Positions 34,461 through 43,620 of a stretch of 64,000 nt of DNA are shown in pieces. How positions within the stretch are numbered: the stretch's first letter is position 1; the number at the start of each line of letters is the position of its first letter. The notes beneath the pieces are model-generated. The model did not search any database, was not told where the DNA came from, and saw nothing but the letters and a program-made list of their open reading frames with translations. Position numbers and translations under genes: made by a program. Source of the stretch: an uncultured virus (IMG/VR IMGVR_UViG_3300021560_000017) (lineage: Duplodnaviria > Heunggongvirae > Uroviricota > Caudoviricetes). The DNA lies in IMG/VR virus record IMGVR_UViG_3300021560_000017; one strand, 5' to 3'.

Positions 34461-34886
34461 TCATAGTGGTGTCTCTGGTTTAATCCCGTTGTAAGGCAAA
34501 AATTTCGGGTGGTCATCGCGCACGTCATCCAGTCTGTAGCGCCCATGCCGCTCATCCAGAATCTCCGAAGCCTCTAGGTAGAGGTATTTCGGGACGAGCA
34601 GAATGTGGTCAGCGTGGAACGTGCGAAAGCCACTGAAGCGACAGGGGATGCCCTTCTCCTTCAGCTTGGCAATGATGTAGCCCAGCTTTGGGTAGTTCGT
34701 CCGCCTGCATAAGGTTTCCCATGTGCCCGTCGGCTTGCGCTTTGCGCCCGTCCGCTTGCGCTTCACATGTACAACGCGCGGTTTCCTTGGCGGAGGGTAA
34801 GTCTTGCCTGTTCGCGGATCTGTCCACGGAATGCCCGCGTCATGGCAGACCATCCTCGCCACGTTGTAAAGAGGATCGTCTCTCAT
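34461..34886 (-). CDS. hypothetical protein
   Basis: SD GAGG; coupled. Confidence 0.5.
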   Translation of the reverse strand: MRDDPLYNVARMVCHDAGIPWTDPRTGKTYPPPRKPRVVHVKRKRTGAKRKPTGTWETLCRRTNYPKLGYIIAKLKEKGIPCRFSGFRTFHADHILLVPKYLYLEASEILDERHGRYRLDDVRDDHPKFLPYNGIKPETPL

Positions 34887-35140
34887 TTGGCGGCACCTCG
34901 CTTTGCGCCCGCCAGCAGGCAGTCGCTGTAGGACTCCAGATTCTTGAGCCCGCCGATGCGCTGGTTGAGCAGCGCCACCACGGCCGTTGGCTCTGGATCG
35001 TAGCCTTCGTTTGCCGACATCATCTCGTCGCAAAGCGCCTCCAAATCCAGCGCCAAACTTTCGACGCGATCCTCGCGGTAGACGCCAGCATTTTCCAGCA
35101 TCCGCCGCGCCTGCAGTAGCCACATCGGTATTGCGCTCAT
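34883..35140 (-). CDS. hypothetical protein
   Basis: coupled ORF. Confidence 0.5.
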   Translation of the reverse strand: MSAIPMWLLQARRMLENAGVYREDRVESLALDLEALCDEMMSANEGYDPEPTAVVALLNQRIGGLKNLESYSDCLLAGAKRGAAK

Positions 35141-35727
35141 TCCTGTGGCCCTTCTGCTTGAAAGATCGCGCCTTTGGCAACCTCGATGGCAAGATTCTGC
35201 GGATCGTTTTTGCGTGGCACAAGCCCGCGCGCCTGCATGTGGCATTTCTCTGGCACGTAATCCAGCAGCATTTTCACTGCTGCCAGCAACGCTGGCGCAG
35301 CGGCCTCCAGCCGCTGTTTCTTGCGAAGCGCAACGCGATCACGCTCAAGCTGATCCCGCTCATCCTGCTCCTTCTTATCGAAGTCGCGATACGCCTGCTC
35401 GATGTTGATCTCAGCAAACGCACGCGCGATCAGAGGCGCATTGCATTTCGCACTCGCTTTCAGGCGCTTGGTGCTGAACGGTTGCGGACTAATGCCTTCA
35501 GGCGGATTCACGTAGAGGATGTCCTTATCCACCACATCCAGATTACTGGCTCGCACAGCTTTGCCGTCATAAGTCGGATGCAGCCAGAAGTGATAGCGGT
35601 TGCCCGCTGGATCATTCCAGTGCACCCAGATCGTGTCTGTGCGCCGTCCTTGATAACGCGAGCCGATGTGTTGCACCTCGGCCGTGATGTTGCTCATGTT
35701 TTTTGGTTTCATTGGTTTTGGTTGCAT
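35137..35727 (-). CDS. hypothetical protein with AAAPALLAA motif
   Basis: LxAAAPxLL motif common in phage early proteins. Confidence 0.6.
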   Translation of the reverse strand: MQPKPMKPKNMSNITAEVQHIGSRYQGRRTDTIWVHWNDPAGNRYHFWLHPTYDGKAVRASNLDVVDKDILYVNPPEGISPQPFSTKRLKASAKCNAPLIARAFAEINIEQAYRDFDKKEQDERDQLERDRVALRKKQRLEAAAPALLAAVKMLLDYVPEKCHMQARGLVPRKNDPQNLAIEVAKGAIFQAEGPQE

Positions 35728-35771
35728 ATTGCTGGAGCCGCCTTTCGACGGCCCCAGACGCACGCAACCAA

Positions 35772-36563
35772 CTAATTGAGGGAGTTGATGCCCGTGTAGT
35801 TATCGAACAGCCCGTGCATGGCCAACGTCCGATTGGGGAGGCCAGTCAAGGAACCCTCCTTGAAGACCTCGGTGAAGCAGTTCATCAGCGACCACACATT
35901 GCGCGGCGCGAATTCCTCGTGACGCGGCTTGCGCCAGTCAGTGAGGATTTTCGGGATTTGCGTCGAGCAGCAGGCACCGACATCCAACGCTCGGATCACC
36001 AAATCGTGGGCGTCGCGATCCACCAGCTCGGTGTTCTTATACGCCTCGATCCGACGATCCTGATTGTGCCAGTGTTGCTGCAGCTGGCCGATCCCACGCT
36101 GGACAACGAAGGGCATGTCACGGTAGATGAAGACCGTGTGCTTGCGGAACACCTTGACCTCGCCGCTGAAGGAGAGGTTGTCGCAGACGAACACCTTCGC
36201 GCCAGCGACCATGCCAGCGGGAAAGGTCTTGTCATGCGAGTTGCGGAGCCCCAGAATCCACGAGTAATCGTCGTGTTGCGCGCCGTTCTGGATCTGGTAG
36301 AGCCCGAAGTAGCGTGCACCGTTGTGGGACAAGCTGTGCGCTTCGCCAGTAACTTTGAGGTTGTTATTGCGGAGCGCCAGTTCCACCTGATCGATGAGCG
36401 CCGTGTGTGGGATTGGCACCCACGTTGACGTCCGATCAGGAGTTGGCACCTCAGAGAGCGCCGCGCGATTCACCGCATGAGCGCCACAATGGAGTGTGAG
36501 TTTGCGACTGATATCCTCCCGCACAGTGTCGGGAGCCGTTACTATCATTGGTTGGTTTTCCAT
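35772..36563 (-). CDS. DUF932 family protein
   Basis: WVPIPH...LGLRNSHDK...FVCDNL...RKHT...WSLMNCFTE. Confidence 0.8.
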   Translation of the reverse strand: MENQPMIVTAPDTVREDISRKLTLHCGAHAVNRAALSEVPTPDRTSTWVPIPHTALIDQVELALRNNNLKVTGEAHSLSHNGARYFGLYQIQNGAQHDDYSWILGLRNSHDKTFPAGMVAGAKVFVCDNLSFSGEVKVFRKHTVFIYRDMPFVVQRGIGQLQQHWHNQDRRIEAYKNTELVDRDAHDLVIRALDVGACCSTQIPKILTDWRKPRHEEFAPRNVWSLMNCFTEVFKEGSLTGLPNRTLAMHGLFDNYTGINSLN

Positions 36564-36623
36564 ATCTTTGTATGCGTAAGATGCACCCATGCACAGATGC
36601 TGTCAACAAGAAAAAGCAAAAAA

Positions 36624-36974
36624 TTATAATTTTTTTTTCGACCGTTTTGGGGTGCATTCGTGAAGCGGGAAAACGAACGCGATCAGCTTGCCGCATCTGG
36701 GGCAATGGCCTAACGAGCGCCTGCGCTTGCTGCGCTGCATCTTCGATTTGTCTTGGCCCGCTTCGACTTTGCTGAGCGCCACTAGATGCGTGCAGTTGCG
36801 GCACGGCCGCGAATAGCGTTTGACTGCGCCTTCCCTGATCATCGTCATCGTGACGCCGCAATCGTCGGCGCTGTGAAGCGAGCTGCCACATTTCCAGCAG
36901 CGCTCGTCCAGCAGATGCGGTACGCCACACCACGACTTGCCAGTCTCAGGATTAAAAACGTGTTCGACTTTCAT
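36624..36974 (-). CDS. multi-CxxC zinc-binding protein
   Basis: CWKC, CRNC, CPRC. Confidence 0.5.
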   Translation of the reverse strand: MKVEHVFNPETGKSWCGVPHLLDERCWKCGSSLHSADDCGVTMTMIREGAVKRYSRPCRNCTHLVALSKVEAGQDKSKMQRSKRRRSLGHCPRCGKLIAFVFPLHECTPKRSKKKL

Positions 36975-37213
36975 TTCGGCCAGCCGAGATCCCTTCCGCA
37001 CACCGAGCACCAGCCCGCGCGCTTGATATGCGTGCCGCACGCTAAGCACCGCGAGCATTGAGACGACGACGAAGGGCAGGTAGTAACCTCACGCTCCTGC
37101 GCGTCTGCGAGATCAGCCGCACTTCCTTCGCCGTCGCTCAAATCTTCGTCCCGCTCAGTGTCATGGTTCTCGATCCACTGATCGGGAGTTTCAGAATACC
37201 CGCCGTTAATCAT
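36971..37213 (-). CDS. small zinc-ribbon protein
   Basis: CLACG...CSVCG; SD GGAGG. Confidence 0.45.
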   Translation of the reverse strand: MINGGYSETPDQWIENHDTERDEDLSDGEGSAADLADAQEREVTTCPSSSSQCSRCLACGTHIKRAGWCSVCGRDLGWPK

Positions 37214-37706
37214 GCGACGGCCCTCCATCGGGATTTGATGCTTCAAAGGAAGTGTCCCAATCAGCTTTGGCCTTGGTAAACGGCGGCCTGTCCACGGCCG
37301 TGCAGCCAGTCAGGCGAGCGGGCTCCTGCTTGTCAGGTTCACGGTACACGTTCGCCAGTTCGCGCTTCGCAGCGCCCAGCTGTGCGTTCAGCTCTGCGAT
37401 CCGTTCGCGGATCGGGTTGGCCTTATTCTCTCGTTCCTCATCGAGAATAAAGTAAGGCGCGCCGTGCACGCCCCAGTAGCGCTTGACCCACGGCCCCTCG
37501 GCGTTCCTGTTTGGTACGCCATCCTTGGTCAGCTTGTATTTAGGCCAGACGTAGTAACGCTCAGGGTGATCGTCGCGCGCGAATCGGCGAAGATCTTCCG
37601 ACAGATCCTGCCTGATCACGAACGCCCACTGATCAGTAACGTCGCGCCCAGTGGCGTACTCGACGATCCTGATCTGGCCTTTGATGTTTGGTTCTCCGTT
37701 ATACAT
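37206..37706 (-). CDS. hypothetical protein
   Basis: 166-aa ORF. Confidence 0.55.
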   Translation of the reverse strand: MYNGEPNIKGQIRIVEYATGRDVTDQWAFVIRQDLSEDLRRFARDDHPERYYVWPKYKLTKDGVPNRNAEGPWVKRYWGVHGAPYFILDEERENKANPIRERIAELNAQLGAAKRELANVYREPDKQEPARLTGCTAVDRPPFTKAKADWDTSFEASNPDGGPSHD

Positions 37707-37905
37707 GATGCGTTTCTTTCTTTTCTAAACTGCATTCTCCTTGCTGCTGGCAGAACGTGGTGTTGCAGCCAGCGCACTGGAGATGGTTGTGTCCGTAGAC
37801 GTCGAAAATGTTGAAGGCATCGTAGCCGCACTGCGGACAGGTGATTACGAGGGCAGGGCATGCCCGCCCCCGATTATCTACGACTGTGGTTTGCTTGGTT
37901 GTCAT
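37699..37905 (-). CDS. small zinc-ribbon protein
   Basis: CPQC...HLQCAGC. Confidence 0.55.
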   Translation of the reverse strand: MTTKQTTVVDNRGRACPALVITCPQCGYDAFNIFDVYGHNHLQCAGCNTTFCQQQGECSLEKKETHHV

Positions 37906-38104
37906 GTTGTGATTCCTGTGTTGTTCGCTCGTGTATTTCTTTCAGAAGGCGCGCCGTTTCATCTGTGTCGCGGCCGACCTTGCTGACCCAGTTCCCGATT
38001 GCCCAAATGACCGCTATGAGCGCAGCTCCAGCGGCTAAATTCGGATCGATGAGGAACGTCAGGCTGACTGCCATTATCAGGCACCAACCCATGCACGATT
38101 TCAT
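37874..38104 (-). CDS. small membrane protein
   Basis: two hydrophobic segments; SD AAGGAG. Confidence 0.5.
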   Translation of the reverse strand: MKSCMGWCLIMAVSLTFLIDPNLAAGAALIAVIWAIGNWVSKVGRDTDETARLLKEIHERTTQESQHDNQANHSRR

Positions 38105-38109
38105 TTTAA

Positions 38110-38355
38110 TTACTCCTTTGGTGAAACTACGACTTTGTAGGCAGCCGCGAGATCTTTCGCCGTCGCGTCGTCCACTCGATCCAGCACCCGATGCTCTCGG
38201 TTGCCAGCTGAGAAGACACTGATCGCGCCGCTCAGCTTTTCGATGACGTAGGCGAACTTGCCGTTGCCCTCGTCCCGCTGGGTGAAGTTGATGATGATGT
38301 TGTTATTTCTTTTCATTTGGTTGCTCTTCTTCTGTTGGTTTGGTTGGGTCTGCAT
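38110..38355 (-). CDS. hypothetical protein
   Basis: ORF in the operon. Confidence 0.5.
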   Translation of the reverse strand: MQTQPNQQKKSNQMKRNNNIIINFTQRDEGNGKFAYVIEKLSGAISVFSAGNREHRVLDRVDDATAKDLAAAYKVVVSPKE

Positions 38356-38542
38356 TCATGGGCGGCGCAGGCCAATAGCCTTCACTGCCTTTGCGGACGC
38401 ACGGCCCTTTTTCTTTAGGCGGGGGCGCACCCACGATTGCGCGGATGCGATCCTTAAATTCCTCTGTGCTCATATGATCTTTCATTGCATACATACCTTG
38501 CATGAATGCGCAGCTGCTGTCAATCATTTTTGTTGCTGCCAT
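38303..38542 (-). CDS. hypothetical protein
   Basis: ORF in the operon. Confidence 0.4.
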   Translation of the reverse strand: MAATKMIDSSCAFMQGMYAMKDHMSTEEFKDRIRAIVGAPPPKEKGPCVRKGSEGYWPAPPMNADPTKPTEEEQPNEKK

Positions 38543-38585
38543 AATTGCTGGGCCGCCCGTGAGGGCAAGCCCAGCTATGCGGCGG

Positions 38586-38810
38586 CTACTTGCGGTCACG
38601 CGGGCAGTTACCCGCGAACCGCGAGAGCGCGGATCTGAAGATCTCGACTTCGGCCTCCAGACGTTTGCGCTTTGCCTTCTCGGCCTTGGGCGTCATCGAG
38701 TCATCCGCGCGCAGTCTCAGCCACTGCATGCGCAGATAGATCGAGTTCTTGATCGCCGTCTTGGCGTACTTCGCCTCGGTTGATGTGAAATTGACCTGTT
38801 CCATTGCCAT
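38586..38810 (-). CDS. hypothetical protein
   Basis: SD AAGGAGGT. Confidence 0.55.
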   Translation of the reverse strand: MAMEQVNFTSTEAKYAKTAIKNSIYLRMQWLRLRADDSMTPKAEKAKRKRLEAEVEIFRSALSRFAGNCPRDRK

Positions 38811-38811
38811 G

Positions 38812-39261
38812 CTACTTCACCTCCTTTTCGTCGTATTCCTTGGCAGCCTGTTCAGCCGCCTCGATTACATCTCTGGGGTTCAGTTTGCCTGCCTTGACGA
38901 GGATCTCTATCGCCTCGTCCTTGAAGCCTATGAGGTCTGCCTGCTTCAATCTCTCATTGAGCGTGGGTGTGACCTCCTTCAGCGCCCGCAGGAGCGTGCT
39001 GGGACAGTCTTTCAGGAACTTGCGCTGACTGAACCTGCCAGCACTGAGTCCGTGCAGCCTGAAGTCATCAAGGATGCGCTCCTCGGTCACAGTCAGGCGC
39101 AAACCTGCAGGCCACACAACTTGTGCGCGCCAGTCGTATTTGTGGCGCTTGTCAGGCTTCGGATTCTGAACATCATGCTTGAGCACGTAGATCCCGTTGG
39201 GCTTGAGCCCAAATTCCCTGCGCAGATCCGCATCCAATGCCATTGATTGTTTCTGGCCCAT
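38812..39261 (-). CDS. hypothetical protein
   Basis: SD AAGGAGG. Confidence 0.6.
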   Translation of the reverse strand: MGQKQSMALDADLRREFGLKPNGIYVLKHDVQNPKPDKRHKYDWRAQVVWPAGLRLTVTEERILDDFRLHGLSAGRFSQRKFLKDCPSTLLRALKEVTPTLNERLKQADLIGFKDEAIEILVKAGKLNPRDVIEAAEQAAKEYDEKEVK

Positions 39262-39263
39262 GA

Positions 39264-39701
39264 TTATTTGCCCTCCTTGACGTGACCGCCGTCGTTCAGC
39301 TTGTTAGCCAGCTCCATCGCGGCGGTGACAGCAGGCCCGCCTTGCGGCGGGATCTGGTGGATCGCTTTGATCAGCGCGTTTCTGTCCTCTGCCAGCCGAT
39401 CTGATTCCTCCTCGTGATCCCTGATCCGCTCGATCAGGGCGCGGTGAGCGATGACCAGCTCGCGCACGGTGAATTCGCGCTTGGCGTTCTTGCCATTGAT
39501 GACCTCTGACAGCGCCGTGGGCTGGGCCGCCTCGACGAAGAAGTTGTCTGGATCAATGCGATCCTCTGCCTTCTGAAACTCGTAGTGCTCCAGATAATTG
39601 TCCGCAATTGAATACCCAGTCTCGGCCGCGTCAGTGACCCACTGGTCGTACTCTTTGTCCACGCTCGTCTGAGCGTTTGGTTGCCATGTGCCTTCGATCA
39701 T
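39264..39701 (-). CDS. acidic hypothetical protein
   Basis: ORF in the operon. Confidence 0.55.
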   Translation of the reverse strand: MIEGTWQPNAQTSVDKEYDQWVTDAAETGYSIADNYLEHYEFQKAEDRIDPDNFFVEAAQPTALSEVINGKNAKREFTVRELVIAHRALIERIRDHEEESDRLAEDRNALIKAIHQIPPQGGPAVTAAMELANKLNDGGHVKEGK

Positions 39702-39702
39702 C

Positions 39703-40518
39703 TTAGCGGCCCTCCCCTGTGTGATTGATTGCACTGTGCGCATCCATGAATGCTTGCCGATCATTTGGGAATGCGAGCAGATCCTTCAGCGCATTGTGCA
39801 GCTTGCGTATGTGACCTTCCTTGACCTCATTCAGGTTCTCCAGACTGGCATTGATATTGCGGACGTTCTGGACTGTGCGCCGCCCAGCCTCGACCTGAAT
39901 ACGAAGCGCCTCGACGGCCCGCTCACTGCGAGCGGCCGCGATCACTTCGATGATGCCCATGTCGTAGACCGCGTCAGGATTCGCGCCAGACCTGATCAGC
40001 TGGGCCTTGGCCAGCTCGAACTCGTCGCGCTGCTCAGGCGTCACTGAGACCACATTCTGGCCTAGCGGCGTCTTGTAGCCATCGGCGATGGCCTTTTCGA
40101 TTTGCTCGTAGGCTTTGGGATCGAGATCCACCTGATGGAACACCCGATCACTGGGCCCGTTGATGAACATCTTGGGCACACGCGGGTTGGGCAGATCGCC
40201 GCCCTTGGCCCTGTCGGCCTCGTAGCGACGCTCACCATCATGCAGCGCCTTGACCAGCTTGAGCGCCTGCACGGCCGTCTCCAATTGGCCGCCACGCTCG
40301 ATTGCGATCTTCTGATACTCGGTGGCCAGCTTGTTGTTGCTGCCAGCCTCCAGCCCGTTGAGCCAGAGGTTTTCCAGCACTGCGCCGATCATCCTGTCCT
40401 TAGTTGATTGGTTGTAGCCGTCGGTGCGCTGGATCTGATTGATCCGCTCGAAGGCTTTGTTGGTTTGAGTGTATCCGCTAGTAGGAGCGGGTTGTTGGTT
40501 TGTATTGGTTGGTTGCAT
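39703..40518 (-). CDS. coiled-coil hypothetical early protein
   Basis: first gene after a promoter copy. Confidence 0.65.
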   Translation of the reverse strand: MQPTNTNQQPAPTSGYTQTNKAFERINQIQRTDGYNQSTKDRMIGAVLENLWLNGLEAGSNNKLATEYQKIAIERGGQLETAVQALKLVKALHDGERRYEADRAKGGDLPNPRVPKMFINGPSDRVFHQVDLDPKAYEQIEKAIADGYKTPLGQNVVSVTPEQRDEFELAKAQLIRSGANPDAVYDMGIIEVIAAARSERAVEALRIQVEAGRRTVQNVRNINASLENLNEVKEGHIRKLHNALKDLLAFPNDRQAFMDAHSAINHTGEGR

Positions 40519-40555
40519 ATTGATATCCTAATCGATAAACAGCTGCTGTCTATAA

Positions 40556-40999
40556 TTATTTTGAAGTTTTTTTCAGGATCTTTGCGATGTCGTTCACGAT
40601 GTTTTCTGGCCCTGTCATCTCGGCCAGCTCGAACACGCGCTGGATCTCATCTAGTGTGTCCTGCGCGATGTTGAACCGATTCAGCCATGCTTCTGCCTCT
40701 TGGCGGCGCTTGGGGATCACGACGTTGCGCAGATGCTGGTTAGAGCGCCGCAATGCGTCACGCTCTTTGATCAGGAAATCCAGCTGGGGCGTGATCGCTT
40801 CCTTCTCAATGACAGTGATGTGATCGCTGCCCAAGTTGTGGATCAGATCCTCCTGAGTAAAGCCGCACTTCTCGCACGGTTGCCCAGTGATGCCCAGATA
40901 CCCGTGCGTGGGTGTCTTGGTGGTTTTCTTCAGTTCGTACTCGACTGTTTGCCCTGCTACGCGGGCCGCGTTATTATTGGTGTCTTCTGCTGGTTGCAT
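40556..40999 (-). CDS. hypothetical early protein
   Basis: shares the AARVAGQ leader with the 41047-41718 gene. Confidence 0.55.
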   Translation of the reverse strand: MQPAEDTNNNAARVAGQTVEYELKKTTKTPTHGYLGITGQPCEKCGFTQEDLIHNLGSDHITVIEKEAITPQLDFLIKERDALRRSNQHLRNVVIPKRRQEAEAWLNRFNIAQDTLDEIQRVFELAEMTGPENIVNDIAKILKKTSK

Positions 41000-41693
41000 A
41001 CTGCTGGGGTCAGCGCATGAGGGCGCTGGCCCCAGTTTGCAAGCAATCAATCGTAATCTGCGTCGGTGATCGTCACTGGCGCGATCTTCTCACTGAGCGC
41101 CTTGATCTGTGTGCTCAACGTTTCCTGTTGCGTCACCAGTTCATCGATCTGTTTGACCAACGCCTCATTCTCAGGCGTCATCTGCAGGAGCGCGTTCATA
41201 TAGGCAGTGTCCCGTCGGCCGTTTGCGCGCCGCACCCATGCCTTGCCGCTGGTGCGATAGCCTCGGCCGCCAGCTACGAGCCCAGTGACTGTGACCTTCT
41301 CTAGTCGAGTGTCCTTGGCATAGCCAGAGCGCAGGAACGCTTCGAACTTCTTGAAGACTCGCGCCTTCTCGCGCACTGGCGCATCGATGGACGCCTTGGC
41401 ATTCTCCAAGCTTTGTGCAGTGCGATCCTTGCCTCGGAGCGTGAACTGCCACTCGTTATCCCGCTCGTTGTATTTGATCTCAATCGGCCCATCGACAGAC
41501 GGGTACTGAATCGCGATCTGATCCTGTCGCAGTTCCCAGCGCCAGTCATCGTCGGCCATTGCGGCCTGTGCGTCCTTGAGCTGGGTATCGGTCATCAGCC
41601 GTGTGGCTACGACCTCGTTGTCAGGATTGCGCAACGCGTACCACGCCTTGCGCTCTTCGGGGGTATCGATTTGCCCTGCTACGCGGGCCGCGT
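40948..41693. repeat. 24-bp exact direct repeat TTTGCCCTGCTACGCGGGCCGCGT (40948-71, 41670-93)
   Basis: read directly. Confidence 0.9.
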
Positions 41694-41718
41694 CTTTGTT
41701 GGTTGCATTGGTTGTCAT
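41047..41718 (-). CDS. hypothetical early protein
   Basis: SD GAGGAG; promoter copy upstream. Confidence 0.65.
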   Translation of the reverse strand: MTTNATNKDAARVAGQIDTPEERKAWYALRNPDNEVVATRLMTDTQLKDAQAAMADDDWRWELRQDQIAIQYPSVDGPIEIKYNERDNEWQFTLRGKDRTAQSLENAKASIDAPVREKARVFKKFEAFLRSGYAKDTRLEKVTVTGLVAGGRGYRTSGKAWVRRANGRRDTAYMNALLQMTPENEALVKQIDELVTQQETLSTQIKALSEKIAPVTITDADYD

Positions 41719-41758
41719 AATTGTGACTCCTCGTTTAATAAACAGCTGCTGTCAATAG

Positions 41759-42013
41759 TTAATTCCTCAATGGATCTGATGTGTGGTTAAGTGCCCAGCG
41801 ATATCCGCATCCCTGACCGCAAAAACGGTTGTCGCCGTAGGTGCCGTAAAGCCGTTTGTCGCCAGCTTTGCGCCACCGATATAGCCATAGTTCGCGCCTG
41901 CAATACAGGCAATGCGGCCGCTTCCCTGCTGGCGCTGCCTTGGCGCTGGCGCGCAGATCCCGATCAGCCTTGCGCTCCGATGCTATACGCGATTTGATTT
42001 CCTCTGGTGTCAT
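41759..42013 (-). CDS. Cys-rich (CxxC...FCxxxC) protein
   Basis: SD AGGAGGT. Confidence 0.55.
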   Translation of the reverse strand: MTPEEIKSRIASERKADRDLRASAKAAPAGKRPHCLYCRRELWLYRWRKAGDKRLYGTYGDNRFCGQGCGYRWALNHTSDPLRN

Positions 42014-42276
42014 TATCGCACCTCCTGAATGGCTTCGATGAGCGCAAGCACGTCTTTGTCCTTGGTGTATTCATCTGGGAAATCCAGCGAGCTAGATCCC
42101 ATGATGTTAAGCGCGGCCATCTCAACGCCAGCCTCGTGCGCTTTAGACACGAAGAAGTCATTGTAGTCCTGTGGCCCACGGATCACGCGGGTGATGCGGC
42201 CGCCGTGTGTGCCGTCGTATTTCACGACCAGCTTACCGTTCTCGATGGTGAGAAAAAATGAGGTTGCTGCTTTCAT
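42013..42276 (-). CDS. hypothetical protein
   Basis: SD GGAGG; SSSLDFPDEY motif. Confidence 0.55.
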   Translation of the reverse strand: MKAATSFFLTIENGKLVVKYDGTHGGRITRVIRGPQDYNDFFVSKAHEAGVEMAALNIMGSSSLDFPDEYTKDKDVLALIEAIQEVR

Positions 42277-42277
42277 G

Positions 42278-42691
42278 TTATTTGTCCTCCACTTTCTGGA
42301 TGATGCAGCAGAACGGGCCGTTGTAGCATTTGAATGCCCAGCGTACGCCCTGCTTGTCCACCTTGATCTGCTTTGGGAGCCTGCCACTGCCACGGGTGCA
42401 GCCCGCGAAGTTGTAGCCAGCGTTGCGCATGTCGCGCCATGTGCCGCGTTTGATGCTCTTGATGGTCGAGTGCTCGCGCACATCCACGACCTCGTCATTG
42501 CGTCGGATTACTCTGAACTTGCGCCCCTTGAATGTGGCGCTGGTCTCTAGCATGTCGTCGCACGCTTGGGCGAGAGTTTTGTTCTCATCGAAGCCGACGT
42601 AATCAACCCAGTTATCCCCTTTGCTGTTGTATTCCTGAATCCAGAGGCGACCACGCGATCCCTCTGCCGTTGTCTCTTTGGTTGCTTGCAT
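42278..42691 (-). CDS. hypothetical early protein
   Basis: first gene of the leftward block. Confidence 0.55.
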   Translation of the reverse strand: MQATKETTAEGSRGRLWIQEYNSKGDNWVDYVGFDENKTLAQACDDMLETSATFKGRKFRVIRRNDEVVDVREHSTIKSIKRGTWRDMRNAGYNFAGCTRGSGRLPKQIKVDKQGVRWAFKCYNGPFCCIIQKVEDK

Positions 42692-42778
42692 ACAATACCA
42701 ATACCAGATGCGGAGCAGCTGTCTACAATTATTTTCAACTTTTTTTCTGGCCTGTTTGTGGCATTCATATTGTCTTTC

Positions 42779-43051
42779 ATGGCCCTACGCGATCAGGCCC
42801 GAATACAGCCAGAAGGCAAACGCAAGGCCACTTATCCAGCCAATCACAAAGCCGCGATGCAAGTCCCATTGGGCGGTTCATCCTGCATCAGTTGCGCCCA
42901 CTACGTGAAGAAGAGCGGCAAGGGCAAAGACAAGCACCTGTGTTCAAGTGAACATTTCGCCCGCTGGCACGGATCTCATGTCATTCCGCTCCCGCCAGAC
43001 CAATACTGCAGCGACTGGTACGAGCCAGCCCAGAAACTGCAAAGGCCATGA
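42779..43051 (+). CDS. small Cys-rich protein
   Basis: SCISCAHY...C...YCSDWY. Confidence 0.6.
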   Translation: MALRDQARIQPEGKRKATYPANHKAAMQVPLGGSSCISCAHYVKKSGKGKDKHLCSSEHFARWHGSHVIPLPPDQYCSDWYEPAQKLQRP

Positions 43052-43293
43052 TCTACAAAATATTGCAGGCAAACTCAATCGAGGATCTCTCTCACGCCGT
43101 CAATCAAGCCTGTGCGCATGATTGGATTCCAGCAGGCGGACTCATCGCCTATTACGTGAGCGGATTGCGCCTTACCTTCGCTCAGGCACTCATGTCGTAT
43201 GATTCGCTCCCTCCAGCTTCAGGAACAGCTGCTGCTGAACCTCATCCAGCGCAGATTCAAGCTGACAACGAAGACGAGCGGAGCACACGATGA
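43048..43293 (+). CDS. DUF1737-like protein
   Basis: YKIL...LSHAVN...WIPAGG...FAQAL. Confidence 0.6.
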   Translation: MIYKILQANSIEDLSHAVNQACAHDWIPAGGLIAYYVSGLRLTFAQALMSYDSLPPASGTAAAEPHPAQIQADNEDERSTR

Positions 43294-43385
43294 GCAACAT
43301 ACCAAATGGAACTCGCGCGTTCTGGATCGGCCTTCTCATTGCCGCTATCATCGTTCTGGCAATCGTCATCCTCCTGCAAATGTAG
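43290..43385 (+). CDS. 31-aa single-TM peptide
   Basis: ATGA coupling; FWIGLLIAAIIVLAIVILL. Confidence 0.45.
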   Translation: MSNIPNGTRAFWIGLLIAAIIVLAIVILLQM

Positions 43386-43389
43386 GCAC

Positions 43390-43620
43390 ATGCGCCTGAT
43401 AGACATTCTCACTGAAGCGGAGATCCAGCGCGCAATTGATCTGTATTCGTCTGCCCCGCGCGAAGCTTTCGCAGCCCAGTGCGCCGAAACGATCATTGCC
43501 CCTGTCATTGAACGCATCAATTCAAAGACTGGGCAAGAAAACGATCCACGCTATCTCGCCTATGTCATCCTGAACGCCTGCATGCAAAACAAAAGCCTCT
43601 TATCCAAAACTCGCTTATGA
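43390..43620 (+). CDS. hypothetical protein
   Basis: IN.KTGQENDPRYLAY motif. Confidence 0.6.
   Translation: MRLIDILTEAEIQRAIDLYSSAPREAFAAQCAETIIAPVIERINSKTGQENDPRYLAYVILNACMQNKSLLSKTRL

Larger units (their letters stand above)
31825..42725 (-). promoter_or_regulatory. repeated promoter/operator motif T(T/A)GACAGC-NN-CTGT (copies 31827-40, 36593-606, 40539-52, 41742-55, 42712-25)
   Basis: -35 hexamer overlapping an ACAG-N3-CTGT palindrome upstream of minus-strand genes; last copy degenerate. Confidence 0.7.

Noticed and set aside
34987..36428. long plus-strand ORFs (262 and 241 aa)
   Set aside because: Opposite well-supported minus-strand genes, including DUF932.
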